Made by a program: the position numbers and the translations under genes. The notes under the pieces are model-generated. The model was given only the letters and a program-made list of their open reading frames with translations, did not search any database and had not been told where the DNA came from. From an uncultured bacterium (lineage in GTDB: Bacteria > Omnitrophota > Omnitrophia > Omnitrophales > Abzuiibacteriaceae), in assembly GCA_964387845.1 (NCBI GenBank), contig CAYLXA010000003.1, forward strand, positions 96,001 to 160,000: 64,000 bases of DNA, given 5' to 3'. Position 1 is the stretch's first letter. Each line of letters starts with the position of its first letter. Positions 51,529 through 61,199 of the stretch are shown here, one piece after another.

Positions 51529-51572
51529 TAAAAGCAGCCAAGCTGTTCATCCTTTCCGCTATTTCAATTTGA

Positions 51573-51923
51573 ATGCGCCAGTCTTTTTCTAAACAGGAAA
51601 AACTTTCTCGGGCTTCGGATATTCGCCGCGTGCTCCGGTCGCATCAAAGCGCAAGAGGCGGCGGTTTTTCCGTTCAGTGGCGGAGGGCGGACGCGGCACA
51701 GGATCATTCGCGCTTCGGCGTTTTGGTTTCGGCGAAATCAATCAAAGGCGCCGCGAAACGAAACCGAATGAAGCGGCTTGTGCGTGAATTTTTCAGGTTG
51801 AACAAACAGAATTTTCGCTTTAAAGGCGATTTTGTAATTCGCGTGAATGATTATAAGCATTTGAAATATAAAGAGTTAGAGCAAATTTTAAAACCAGTTT
51901 TAACACGCGTAGGTTTGTTTTAA
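51573..51923 (+). CDS. rnpA: RNase P protein component
   Basis: Basic protein of about 116 aa directly after rpmH. Confidence 0.8.
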   Translation: MRQSFSKQEKLSRASDIRRVLRSHQSARGGGFSVQWRRADAAQDHSRFGVLVSAKSIKGAAKRNRMKRLVREFFRLNKQNFRFKGDFVIRVNDYKHLKYKELEQILKPVLTRVGLF

Positions 51924-52132
51924 TGAAAACAATATTGTTGATCGTTATAGGCTTTTATCAAAAATGGATTTCGCCTTTACTCGGCAATCATTGCCGGTTT
52001 GCACCGAGCTGTTCAGAGTATGCGAAATCGGCGATCGAGCAAAAAGGGATTTTAAAAGGAACCGGCCTCGCTGTTGTGAGAATTTCAAAATGTCATCCGC
52101 TGCACGAAGGCGGCTATGACCCTGTGGTGTAA
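51923..52132 (+). CDS. yidD: Membrane protein insertion efficiency factor YidD
   Basis: [23 protein letters not shown] signature. Confidence 0.8.
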   Translation: MKTILLIVIGFYQKWISPLLGNHCRFAPSCSEYAKSAIEQKGILKGTGLAVVRISKCHPLHEGGYDPVV

Positions 52133-52135
52133 ATA

Positions 52136-53749
52136 ATGAGTACGGAAAAACGACTTTTACTTGCGACCGCACTTTCGTTCTTGGTGCTGATGGTTTTTTA
52201 TCCCTGGATGACCAAAAAGCAAACAAGCCAAACACCGCCGCCCGCCGCAGAAACTGTCGAAAACAAAGCTTCCGAGCCGGTACCTGCCGTGGTGAAGGAA
52301 GCAACTGCGCAGAAAGATATTCCGGTCATTGAGCCCGCTGAATTTTATGAACTCACAAACGATATTTATTCCATTAAATTTTCAAACGTAGGTGCAGGAA
52401 TTTCGGAGCTTCTTATTAAACAATGGGGCAAGAAAAAAATCGGACGCACAGAACTGATTCAGCCGGCTGATCCGGTCCCCGCTTTTGCGGTGAGCGTTCT
52501 CAACGATCCCAACATGTCCGGCCTTGCACATTACCGGATGGAACACATCGACCATCAAGCCAAAATCATCAGTTTTGTGCACGATTCTTCGAATGATTTG
52601 CGGATCCGGAAGAAATATCAGCTTTTTGAGGATAAATCCGCTTTTTATTTAACCATTCAAGTCGACAACTTGAGCAGCCAAACCAGACAAGTGCCTCTCC
52701 AAATCCGGAACCAGATCTTTTTTGGAAAACTGCATGACGCAATGGACCGCGACCAAATCGAATCTTTCGTAATTCCCAAAGCCGGAAAAGTTCAGGTTAA
52801 AAAGGAAGGCAAAATCGTTAAAAATCCGTTTCTGGTTGAGGACCGGATTGACTGGCAGGCGCTCACCATTAAATATTTTTCTGTCATCGTGAAGCCCGAA
52901 ACGCTTGTGGCAGAGCGTGCCAAAACAACCGTTTCCGCAAACGGCGAATCGCTGGTTTCAACCCTTGATTTTCCCGCCGAAACACTGGCGCCCGGCGCGC
53001 AATTTGAAACCAAGTTTTTAATTTATGCCGGGCCGGAATATCGGGAAGATTTAAAATCTTTCGGATACGGATTTGAACAAACATTAACGCAAGGTGTTTT
53101 CGGCGCGTTTCGGTATTATTTGTTCGTTCTGCTGATGTATTGCCATCAACTCACGGGCAACTTTGGTTTTGCCATTATTGTGCTTACGATTTTGGTGAAA
53201 GTACTGTTCAGCCCCTTTACACACATGAGTTTTGAATCGATGCGAAAGATGCAGGCGGTCCAACCGAAAATCAAAGCGCTTCAGGAGCAATTCAAAAAAG
53301 ATCCGCAGCGCATGAACAAGGAAATGATGGAGCTTTACCGCCGTCATAAAGTCAATCCGATGGGCGGCTGCCTGCCGATGGTTTTGCAAATTCCTATTTT
53401 CATCGGTTTTTATCAAGTACTCGGGCAAATGGTGGAACTCAAGGGCGAATCCATTTGGTGGGTCAAGGATCTGACACTGCCCGATCAATTGGCCAAGATT
53501 TCCGGCTTCGAATTCAATCTGCTTCCGATTTTGATGGTAGGGTCCATGTGGTGGCAGCAAAAAATGACGCCACAGCCTGCAACATCCACCGACCAGGCAA
53601 AAATCATGCAATGGATGCCGGTCATCATGGGCTTTTTCTTTTACGGGTTGCCCTCAGGGCTTGTGTTGTACTGGACTTTGAGCAATTTGCTCACGGTTGC
53701 GCATCAAATTTTAATTCACCACCGCGCAAAACCAATCGCAATCGATTAG
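52136..53749 (+). CDS. yidC: Membrane protein insertase YidC
   Basis: N-terminal TM, periplasmic domain and a C-terminal five-TM Oxa1-like core. Confidence 0.9.
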   Translation: MSTEKRLLLATALSFLVLMVFYPWMTKKQTSQTPPPAAETVENKASEPVPAVVKEATAQKDIPVIEPAEFYELTNDIYSIKFSNVGAGISELLIKQWGKKKIGRTELIQPADPVPAFAVSVLNDPNMSGLAHYRMEHIDHQAKIISFVHDSSNDLRIRKKYQLFEDKSAFYLTIQVDNLSSQTRQVPLQIRNQIFFGKLHDAMDRDQIESFVIPKAGKVQVKKEGKIVKNPFLVEDRIDWQALTIKYFSVIVKPETLVAERAKTTVSANGESLVSTLDFPAETLAPGAQFETKFLIYAGPEYREDLKSFGYGFEQTLTQGVFGAFRYYLFVLLMYCHQLTGNFGFAIIVLTILVKVLFSPFTHMSFESMRKMQAVQPKIKALQEQFKKDPQRMNKEMMELYRRHKVNPMGGCLPMVLQIPIFIGFYQVLGQMVELKGESIWWVKDLTLPDQLAKISGFEFNLLPILMVGSMWWQQKMTPQPATSTDQAKIMQWMPVIMGFFFYGLPSGLVLYWTLSNLLTVAHQILIHHRAKPIAID

Positions 53750-53859
53750 TTGATATTTTCATTCCGTTTATATTTTGTTGATAAGTTTATCTTTCTAGTC
53801 ATAAGTTATTTTTAATAAATGACTTATGATGTATTAAAAATCCACTCAGGCTGTTCAAA

Positions 53860-55674
53860 ATGTCAGAAAAAATCTACGATTGTATTGTAATCGGCGCCGG
53901 TCATGCCGGCACGGAAGCTGCACTTGCCATTGCCCGCACAAACCACAATGTTCTCTTCCTCACGATGAACATTGATTCAATTTGTCAAATGTCGTGCAAC
54001 CCGGCGATCGGCGGGCTTGCCAAAGGCCATATGGTCCGCGAAATTGATGCGCTTGGCGGCCAAATGGCTCTCACGACGGATCAAACCGGCATTCAATTCC
54101 GCATGCTCAACAAATCCAAAGGCCCTGCCGTGTGGGCGCCGCGCGCTCAGTCGGATAAAAAACAATATCAAATGCTGATGAAAAAAATTGTCGAGGCCGA
54201 GAAAAATATTGATCTCAAACAAGATCAAGCCGTTGAGTTGCTTGTTAAAAACGGAAAAGCGACTGGCGTTAGGACGCAGCTCGGAATTTCTTATTACGCA
54301 CAAACCATCGTGATTTCAAGCGGCACGTTCATGCGCGGCTTAATTCATGTAGGCGATGTGAACTTCCCCGGCGGCCGCGGAGGCGATCCGCCGTCTTTGG
54401 GGCTGTCGGATTCGCTGAAAGCGCACGGAATTGAGCTTATGAGATTTAAAACCGGAACGCCGCCCCGTTTGCGGAAAGGCACAATCGATTTTTCAGTCTG
54501 TGAAGAGCAGCCCGGCGATGAAAACCCATCGCCGTTTTCATTTCAAACCGAGAAAATTTCACAAAAACAGCTTTCCTGTTATCTCACACACACAAATGAG
54601 AAAACGCACACTATTATCAAACAAAATCTCTACCGCTCCCCTCTCTACGGCGGCATTATCCAAGGAACCGGCCCGCGCTACTGCCCTTCGATCGAAGATA
54701 AAGTTGTGAAATTCGGTGATAAAGAGCGCCACCAAATTTATTTAGAGCCGGAGGGTTGGGACACGGAAGAAACTTATGTAAACGGAATTTCAACGAGTCT
54801 TCCGCAAGATGTTCAAATCGAGCTCGTGCGCTCAATCCGCGGACTTGAAAATGCCGAGCTGATGAGGTTTGGTTATGCAATCGAATATGATTGCGCGCAG
54901 CCAACACAGCTTAAACATTCACTCGAAACCAAAAAAATCGAGAACCTATTTTTTGCGGGCCAAATCAATTGCACTTCCGGCTATGAAGAGGCTGCCGCGC
55001 AAGGTTTGATTGCCGGTTTGAACGTTATCCGGAAGCTTCGCAACCAACCCCCCTTCATTTTGAGCCGGTCCGAGGCCTATATCGGCGTTTTAATTGATGA
55101 CCTTGTGACGCGCGGGACAACGGAGCCGTACCGGATGTTTACTTCGAGAGCCGAGTTTCGCCTTTTGCTTCGGCAAGACAACGCAGATGAGCGGCTTATG
55201 AAATATGGCCGTGAGTTTGGTTTGATACCGGAAGCCGTATTTGAAAAGACGGAAAATACGATCCGAAAGGTCCAAGAAACAATCAACCAACTACACAAAA
55301 CTCCAATGGGTAGCATATCGGCAAGACAATTTCTAAGACGTCCAGAAGTTACATTTAACTCATTTAAATATAATAAGTTAGACTTAGAAGAACTTGATAA
55401 AGATATCGTCCAACGCATTGAAAATGAAGTGAAATATGAAGGCTATGTGAAGCGGCAATTAATTGATGTGGAAAAATTCAGCAAATTGGAGCGGCGAAAA
55501 ATTCCGGAAGGAATCAATTATCAAACAATTCATAATTTGAGCCGAGAAGCTCGGGAAAAGCTTTCCAAAGTAAAACCGGTATCAATCGGCCAAGCTTCCC
55601 GGATTCCTGGGATTTCTCCTGCGGATCTTTCTGTATTGTCTATTGTGGTTGAGAAGATTTTACGAAATTCGTGA
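53860..55674 (+). CDS. mnmG: tRNA uridine 5-carboxymethylaminomethyl modification enzyme MnmG (GidA)
   Basis: YDCIVIGAGHAGTEAA FAD-binding N-terminus; about 600 aa. Confidence 0.9.
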   Translation: MSEKIYDCIVIGAGHAGTEAALAIARTNHNVLFLTMNIDSICQMSCNPAIGGLAKGHMVREIDALGGQMALTTDQTGIQFRMLNKSKGPAVWAPRAQSDKKQYQMLMKKIVEAEKNIDLKQDQAVELLVKNGKATGVRTQLGISYYAQTIVISSGTFMRGLIHVGDVNFPGGRGGDPPSLGLSDSLKAHGIELMRFKTGTPPRLRKGTIDFSVCEEQPGDENPSPFSFQTEKISQKQLSCYLTHTNEKTHTIIKQNLYRSPLYGGIIQGTGPRYCPSIEDKVVKFGDKERHQIYLEPEGWDTEETYVNGISTSLPQDVQIELVRSIRGLENAELMRFGYAIEYDCAQPTQLKHSLETKKIENLFFAGQINCTSGYEEAAAQGLIAGLNVIRKLRNQPPFILSRSEAYIGVLIDDLVTRGTTEPYRMFTSRAEFRLLLRQDNADERLMKYGREFGLIPEAVFEKTENTIRKVQETINQLHKTPMGSISARQFLRRPEVTFNSFKYNKLDLEELDKDIVQRIENEVKYEGYVKRQLIDVEKFSKLERRKIPEGINYQTIHNLSREAREKLSKVKPVSIGQASRIPGISPADLSVLSIVVEKILRNS

Positions 55675-55676
55675 TT

Positions 55677-55692
55677 TGTTTCACGTGAAACA
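55677..55692. promoter_or_regulatory. parS site (TGTTTCACGTGAAACA)
   Basis: Perfect match to the ParB/Spo0J parS palindrome, 226 bp upstream of parA. Confidence 0.85.
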
Positions 55693-55822
55693 CAAATTAG
55701 TATTAATTCGTAAGTTGTTATATATAAATTATTTATTTAAATTAAATAGATTGATTGACTAAATATTAAAGATTAGATATAAAGAACGAAATTGTTGTAG
55801 TCGAAACAAAATCTATGAAGAA

Positions 55823-55838
55823 TGTTTCACGTGGAACA
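55823..55838. promoter_or_regulatory. parS site, one mismatch (TGTTTCACGTGGAACA)
   Basis: 15/16 match to the parS consensus, 80 bp upstream of parA. Confidence 0.7.
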
Positions 55839-55917
55839 ATCGGTCTAATGTTTTTTAAAATGCCTCTCAATTTATCAGTGCCTTTCGAAATTAAAAGAAA
55901 TTAACCCGGAGATCACA

Positions 55918-56766
55918 ATGGCAAAAATTATTTCTTTCTCCAATCAAAAAGGCGGCGTCGGGAAAACAACCTCAGCCGTCAATATTGCGTCCATTTGCGC
56001 GCGCGAAAAAGTTCGCACGCTTTTGATTGATTTGGATCCGCAAGGCAATGCAACGAGCGGATTAGGATTTGACAGAAATACATTAGAATCAACAATTTAC
56101 AATTCATTAATCGATCATAGTGATGTTAAAACGTCTATCATTAACACACCCATTGCCAATCTGGATTTAATACCGGCTAACAGCGATTTGGCAGCCGCAG
56201 AATTGGAATTAATTGAAGTCCCAGAACGCGAATTTGTTCTTCGAAAAGTTTTAGAACAAGCGGCGAGTGATTACGATTTGATCATTATAGATTGTCCGCC
56301 GTCGCTAGGGCTTTTGACAATCAACTCGCTAGTCGCAAGCCATCATCTCATGATTCCGCTCCAGTGCGAGTATTATGCGCTTGAGGGATTAACGCAACTC
56401 CTTAATACACATACACTTGTGAAGGAGAAGCTCAATCTGGAGCTTGAAATCGGCGGCGTCATATTAACGATGGCAGATTTCCGAACGAATCTAACGCAGC
56501 AAGTAATTGAAGAAGTGAAAAAATTTTTCGGCGATAAGGTTTTCCAAACCGTGGTGTCGCGTTCTGTGAAAATCAGCGAGGCGCCAAGTTTTGGTAAGCC
56601 GGTAACACTTTACGATCCTTCATCAAAAGGCGCAAAGGCCTATGAAGCGATTGCGATTGAGTTAATCAATAGATTGGGCCTTAAGAAAACAGAAGAACTG
56701 CCAGTTGAAAATTCTCAGCCGACTATTACAGAAGAAACGGTCGGCGCACAAGAACCAAATAATTAA
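55918..56766 (+). CDS. parA: Chromosome partitioning ATPase ParA/Soj
   Basis: Deviant Walker A KGGVGKTT. Confidence 0.9.
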   Translation: MAKIISFSNQKGGVGKTTSAVNIASICAREKVRTLLIDLDPQGNATSGLGFDRNTLESTIYNSLIDHSDVKTSIINTPIANLDLIPANSDLAAAELELIEVPEREFVLRKVLEQAASDYDLIIIDCPPSLGLLTINSLVASHHLMIPLQCEYYALEGLTQLLNTHTLVKEKLNLELEIGGVILTMADFRTNLTQQVIEEVKKFFGDKVFQTVVSRSVKISEAPSFGKPVTLYDPSSKGAKAYEAIAIELINRLGLKKTEELPVENSQPTITEETVGAQEPNN

Positions 56767-56781
56767 TGAAAGGGAAATCAC

Positions 56782-57687
56782 ATGGAAATTAAAAAGAAAG
56801 CATTGGGCAAGGGGTTAAGCGCATTGATTCCGGACAGCTATACAAAAATCATCCAAGAACAGAAAGAGAAAATTGCGCAAGGCGAACAGGCAAAATCCGA
56901 TGCGCCGATCCAGGAGGTTGCGATTGCGGACATTCAGCCGAATCAAGATCAGCCGCGCCGGCATTTTAATGACGAAGCGCTTTCTGAACTGGCAAACTCG
57001 ATTAAAGAGCAGGGAATTTTGCAGCCTGTGATCGTGAAGCGCAAAGGAAACGGATTTGAGCTGATTTGCGGTGAAAGACGTCTTCGCGCTTCAAAATTAG
57101 CAGGGCTTTCGAAAGTTCCGGTCATTATTAAAGATGTCGCGGATCAGAAATTGTTGGAGCTTGCGTTGGTCGAGAACATCCAACGTGAAGATTTAAACGC
57201 GATTGAAGAGGCGCAAGCCTATTTACGTCTTGTCGAAGAACGCGGGCTTTCCCAAGATCAAGTTGCAGACCGTGTCGGGAAAAACAGGACAACGGTTGCG
57301 AATACAATCCGGATTTTGCGGCTCCCGCAGGATGTTTTATCAGAGCTTGCGGCAGACCGGATCACAAACGGCCATGCACGCGCACTTTTATCACTTCCGA
57401 CACCGGAACATCAGCGTCAGGTTTGCAAGCGGATTGTTCAGGACAAATTGTCGGTTCGGCAAGTAGAAGATTTGGTCAATCGCTCGCTTGCGCGTAAACG
57501 GCGTGCGAAACAGGCGCGTCTTTTAAGCCCCGAAATCCAGGATCTTGAACATAAGTTAGAGCGCAAGCTTGGGACCAGCGTTAAAATTTTTGCCCGCAAA
57601 AATAATCAAGGCCGCATTGAAGTTCAGTATTATTCGCTGGACGATCTCGACCGCGTGCTGAACCTGATTGGAATTCCGAGAACCTAA
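56782..57687 (+). CDS. parB: Chromosome partitioning protein ParB/Spo0J
   Basis: GERRLRA ParB box and an HTH. Confidence 0.9.
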   Translation: MEIKKKALGKGLSALIPDSYTKIIQEQKEKIAQGEQAKSDAPIQEVAIADIQPNQDQPRRHFNDEALSELANSIKEQGILQPVIVKRKGNGFELICGERRLRASKLAGLSKVPVIIKDVADQKLLELALVENIQREDLNAIEEAQAYLRLVEERGLSQDQVADRVGKNRTTVANTIRILRLPQDVLSELAADRITNGHARALLSLPTPEHQRQVCKRIVQDKLSVRQVEDLVNRSLARKRRAKQARLLSPEIQDLEHKLERKLGTSVKIFARKNNQGRIEVQYYSLDDLDRVLNLIGIPRT

Positions 57688-57707
57688 CGGTATAATCGCG
57701 AACTCAC

Positions 57708-57893
57708 GGAGAGATGGCAGCCCTTTGCGCTTCCTTATAAACCAATCCACTATTTTTAGTTGAAAGCGCAAGGGCAGCCCTGATTTCTTATAAGAGCCAA
57801 TCATCCTTCAATGAGAATCAGGGCAGAGTGGTCGAATGCGGCGGTCTCGCCCGCCAAAAATCGTGGCGGGTCCGCCTTTGGCGGGAAAACCGG
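57708..57893 (+). pseudogene. Disrupted tRNA-Ser pseudogene interrupted by hairpin and REP-like elements
   Basis: GGAGAGATGGCAG (tRNA-Ser 5' end), about 110 bp hairpin insert, GCAGAGTGGTCGAATGCGGCGGTCTCG (D-arm and anticodon stem), REP-like copy C (57850-57885), AAAACCG. No T-arm or acceptor 3' strand is present. Confidence 0.45.
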
Positions 57894-57906
57894 GCGATAG
57901 AAAATT

Positions 57907-58191
57907 ATGGCGTGTGTTTATGTTATTTATAGTCAGATAAAAGAGAAATTTTACGTAGGTTCGAGCAGAGAAGAAACTGCCACCCAAAGAATTCTATCCC
58001 ACAACGCAGGCAAAACAAGATCAACTAAATCTGGCCGCCCTTGGGTGTTAGTATTTGAAGAACAATTTCTCAACTATACGGAAGCAAGAAAAAGAGAAAA
58101 CTTCTTAAAGTCAGGTGTTGGTAGACAATTTATTAAGCAAAAATGGAGAGGTGCCAGAGCGGTCGAATGGGGCGGTCTCGAAAACCGTTAG
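57907..58191 (+). CDS. GIY-YIG nuclease-superfamily protein (YhbQ-like)
   Basis: VYVIYS...FYVGSS...R...H...NAGKTRST...E layout of a GIY-YIG domain. Its last 47 nt overlap the tRNA-Ser(CGA) gene. Confidence 0.6.
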   Translation: MACVYVIYSQIKEKFYVGSSREETATQRILSHNAGKTRSTKSGRPWVLVFEEQFLNYTEARKRENFLKSGVGRQFIKQKWRGARAVEWGGLENR

Positions 58192-58231
58192 GCTCTTATG
58201 GGTCTCCTGGGTTCGAATCCCAGCCTCTCCG
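58145..58231 (+). tRNA. tRNA-Ser (anticodon CGA)
   Basis: GGAGAGGTGCCAGAGCGGTCGAATGGGGCGGTCTCGAAAACCG...GGGTTCGAATCCC...CTCTCC-G; anticodon loop CTCGAAA. Confidence 0.85.
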
Positions 58232-58240
58232 ATTATTTTT

Positions 58241-58495
58241 ATGAAACCTAAGCAAACCAACATCGAAAAAAGCTGGCATGAACGCGGGTTTTCATGCAGC
58301 CTTTGGACCGATGCGCCGGGAACCCGGTGGGAAGATTATGTCCACGATGTCGACGAATTGCTCGTGGTTTTGGAAGGTGATGTTGAGTTTGAAATGAAAG
58401 GCAAAAAGTCAGTTCTTAGAATCGGCGAAGAAATTTTGATTCCTGCCCGCACAACTCACTCTGTCCGCAATGTCGGTAAAATCACCTCAAAATAG
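58241..58495 (+). CDS. Small cupin-domain protein
   Basis: The ORF-track N-terminus overlaps the tRNA, so ATG at 58241 is the real start. VVLEGDVEFE...HSVRN is a cupin motif. Confidence 0.55.
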   Translation: MKPKQTNIEKSWHERGFSCSLWTDAPGTRWEDYVHDVDELLVVLEGDVEFEMKGKKSVLRIGEEILIPARTTHSVRNVGKITSK

Positions 58496-58619
58496 CTATA
58501 CGGCTATAAGCACCACTAATTAAATATCATAAGTAACTCATTTTAAAGAGTTTACGAATTTGCAAAGTCGCCGTTTAGCGTTTAAGCTATAACTAAAGGC
58601 GAGTGGAGGCCGCCCCGCT

Positions 58620-59558
58620 ATGGTTAAAAGCGCAACCCTCAATCTGATTTTTTTGATAGCCCTGTCAGGTTGCGCGACAACAGTCGATCCTTCACGGCCG
58701 ATTAGCCCCACACTTCCGCTTTCTTTCAACGATCTTGCCGAAATTCGTGATGGCTATGATCAGCATTTAATCATCATGAAGGAACGAAAATTTTTCAATG
58801 AAGCAGATCTTAATCAATACATTCGCACGATCGGGTACCGGCTGACTTCTGCCTCGGATCGCCCCCATCTCCCGTATCAATTTTTTGTTCTGGATGATGA
58901 TTCGGTGGATGTTTTTAGCTACGGCGGCGGTTATATTTATATCACACGCGGACTCCTAAATTTCGTTGATTCCGAGGCGGAGTTAGCTGCTGTACTCGCA
59001 CACGAAGTTGCTCACGTTGCATCCGGAGCTCATACGCAAGGCGGTCAACAAACATCAACCGGCGGTATGATTTTTGATGCGATGCGTTCAGGCGCGGCTG
59101 CGGCAGGCGGTGCGGTCGGCGGGCCGGCCGGATCCGTCGCAAGCTCGGCGCTTGGCAACGGCATGGAAGTTGTGATACCAAAAATTAAACGGCGCTTCGA
59201 GAAAAACGAGGAAATCGAAGCCGATAGAAAAGCGGTGCATATTTTAATGAAGGCTAATTATGATCCTCGAGAACTTGCAAAGTTTCTTGGGAAAATGTCT
59301 AACATCAAAGTCTACGGAATCGTTCCATATCTGAATTACCTGAATTCACACCCGCCTTACGAGGAGCGCCGGGAGGAATTGATCGATCTGCTGGCGGATA
59401 TTAATTTTAAGTCCCGCGAGTTTAACAAAAATGAAGACCGCTATGTCGCGATCCGCTTTATGACCATGCACGCCGATTCGGTCCCTACGGGAAAAGTTCA
59501 GGTCGTGGCCGTGACCTCCGCGCAAAAAACGCCGCTCGAAACCCCTGCAATTTCCTAA
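58620..59558 (+). CDS. M48-like zinc metalloprotease lipoprotein
   Basis: Lipobox LSGCA; HEVAHV (HExxH) zinc site; Gly/Ala-rich linker. Confidence 0.6.
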   Translation: MVKSATLNLIFLIALSGCATTVDPSRPISPTLPLSFNDLAEIRDGYDQHLIIMKERKFFNEADLNQYIRTIGYRLTSASDRPHLPYQFFVLDDDSVDVFSYGGGYIYITRGLLNFVDSEAELAAVLAHEVAHVASGAHTQGGQQTSTGGMIFDAMRSGAAAAGGAVGGPAGSVASSALGNGMEVVIPKIKRRFEKNEEIEADRKAVHILMKANYDPRELAKFLGKMSNIKVYGIVPYLNYLNSHPPYEERREELIDLLADINFKSREFNKNEDRYVAIRFMTMHADSVPTGKVQVVAVTSAQKTPLETPAIS

Positions 59559-59630
59559 TATTTTTGCTTTCCATGCGAAGCAAATTCGGTATGATAATGT
59601 CGTTCTGTTCATCGATAAAGGAAGCAAAAT

Positions 59631-60218
59631 ATGATTTGTCTTGATATGGAAGGCGTTTTGGTCCCCGAGATTTGGATTAATGTCGCCAAGAAAACAAAAA
59701 TCAAAGAATTGCGGCTGACAACGCGCGATATCCCGAATTATGACATCCTCATGAAACGCCGGCTTAAAATCCTGCGTGCCGAGGGAATTAAATTAAAAGA
59801 TATTCAAAAAGTAATCGGCGCAATGGGGCCGCTCCCAGGCGCTAAGCAGTTTTTAGACAAATTGCGTACCCGTGAGCAAGTTTTAATTCTTTCCGACACT
59901 TTCTACGAATTCGCAATGCCGCTCATGAAAAAACTCGGTTACCCGACGCTTTTTTGTAATTGGCTTTCGGTGAACAGCAAAGGGTTTATCAGCGGCTATC
60001 GTCTCCGTCAAAAAAACGGCAAAGAAAAAGCCGTCCGGGCTCTTAAATCCGCCGGTTTTAAGGTGTTTGCAGCGGGGGATTCTTACAATGATATCACCAT
60101 GCTGAAAGCGGCAGACCGGGGGATTCTATTTAATCCGCCGGCCAATATCAAAAAAGAGTTTCCGAAATTCCACGTGGCAAAAAATTATAACGATCTGTTC
60201 CGGCTTCTAACTCAATAA
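59631..60218 (+). CDS. thrH: ThrH-type phosphoserine phosphatase / homoserine phosphotransferase (HAD family)
   Basis: Near full-length collinearity with Pseudomonas ThrH: CLDMEGVLVPEIWI, TTRDIPNYDILMKRRL, ILSDTFYEF, AAGDSYND. Confidence 0.7.
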   Translation: MICLDMEGVLVPEIWINVAKKTKIKELRLTTRDIPNYDILMKRRLKILRAEGIKLKDIQKVIGAMGPLPGAKQFLDKLRTREQVLILSDTFYEFAMPLMKKLGYPTLFCNWLSVNSKGFISGYRLRQKNGKEKAVRALKSAGFKVFAAGDSYNDITMLKAADRGILFNPPANIKKEFPKFHVAKNYNDLFRLLTQ

Positions 60219-60222
60219 CCCC

Positions 60223-60987
60223 ATGAAAATTCTGTGTTGGAATGTCAACGGCGTCCGGGCCGCCCAGAGAAAGGGGTTTCTCAAATGGCTGGCCAAAGAA
60301 AAGCCCGATGCGCTATGCCTTCAAGAGACCAAAGCCCGCCCCGAACAGCTTGATGAAGAGCTTTTAAACCCGCCCGGGTACGAAACTCACTGGAATTGGG
60401 CCGAGAAGCCCGGCTATAGCGGTACCGCCATCTACACAAAGCAAAAGCCGCTATCCGTCTCTCGCGGCATTGGAATTAAAAAGCACGACCAGGAAGGCCG
60501 CGTGCTGACGGCGGAGTATGACGATTTTTCACTGGTCAACGTTTATGTCCCCAATTCAAAGGATGATCTTTCAAGACTCCCATACCGATTCAAGGAATGG
60601 GATGTTGAGTTCCTGTCATTTCTCAAAAAGCTCGAAAAGAAAAAACCGGTCGTTGTATGTGGGGATTTCAACGTAGCGCACAAAGAAATTGACCTTTCTA
60701 GGCCAAAAGAGAACGAATTTACCCACGGATTCACCAAAGAAGAGCGCGCAGGCTTCGATAATTTCGTAAAAGCCGGTTTGATTGATACTTTCCGCGAATT
60801 CTGCACTGATGGCGGCCATTACACCTGGTGGCATCACTTCAACAATTGCAGGGCGCGCAATATTGGATGGCGGATCGATTATTTCCTGATCTCTAAAGCC
60901 CTCCGGCCTAAGCTCAAGGATGCTTTTATCATGCCCGACGTTATGGGCTCCGATCATTGCCCGGTAGGAATAGACTTAAAATTTTAA
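60223..60987 (+). CDS. xth: Exodeoxyribonuclease III
   Basis: MKILCWNVNGVRA N-terminus and the C-terminal SDHCPV motif of EEP-family AP endonucleases. Confidence 0.9.
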   Translation: MKILCWNVNGVRAAQRKGFLKWLAKEKPDALCLQETKARPEQLDEELLNPPGYETHWNWAEKPGYSGTAIYTKQKPLSVSRGIGIKKHDQEGRVLTAEYDDFSLVNVYVPNSKDDLSRLPYRFKEWDVEFLSFLKKLEKKKPVVVCGDFNVAHKEIDLSRPKENEFTHGFTKEERAGFDNFVKAGLIDTFREFCTDGGHYTWWHHFNNCRARNIGWRIDYFLISKALRPKLKDAFIMPDVMGSDHCPVGIDLKF

Positions 60988-61199
60988 CATCCCATATTTT
61001 TAAATTACAATAAGTAATAAGTGGGATATTAAATTTTATAATAAGAAATATGTTTGTATAATATCCTAATAATATAGTTAAATTTATAACGTATTGAATA
61101 CATAAAAAATCGGGTTTTATCTGTTAGTATTTTCACCTAAAATCGGGACTTTTCAAAAGTCCGGCACTTTGCAGGCATATTTGTGATATTATTTCCATC

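Noticed and set aside
53750-53859. DnaA-box-like TTATCAACA and a 9-bp inverted repeat between yidC and mnmG as a possible origin element
   Set aside because: It is a single box variant in a short spacer. The same variant occurs at several places, so it is not specific enough to call.
58115-58240. N-terminal 42 codons of ORF-track protein 58115..58495
   Set aside because: This stretch is the tRNA-Ser(CGA) gene read in a protein frame. The cupin protein starts at the ATG at 58241.
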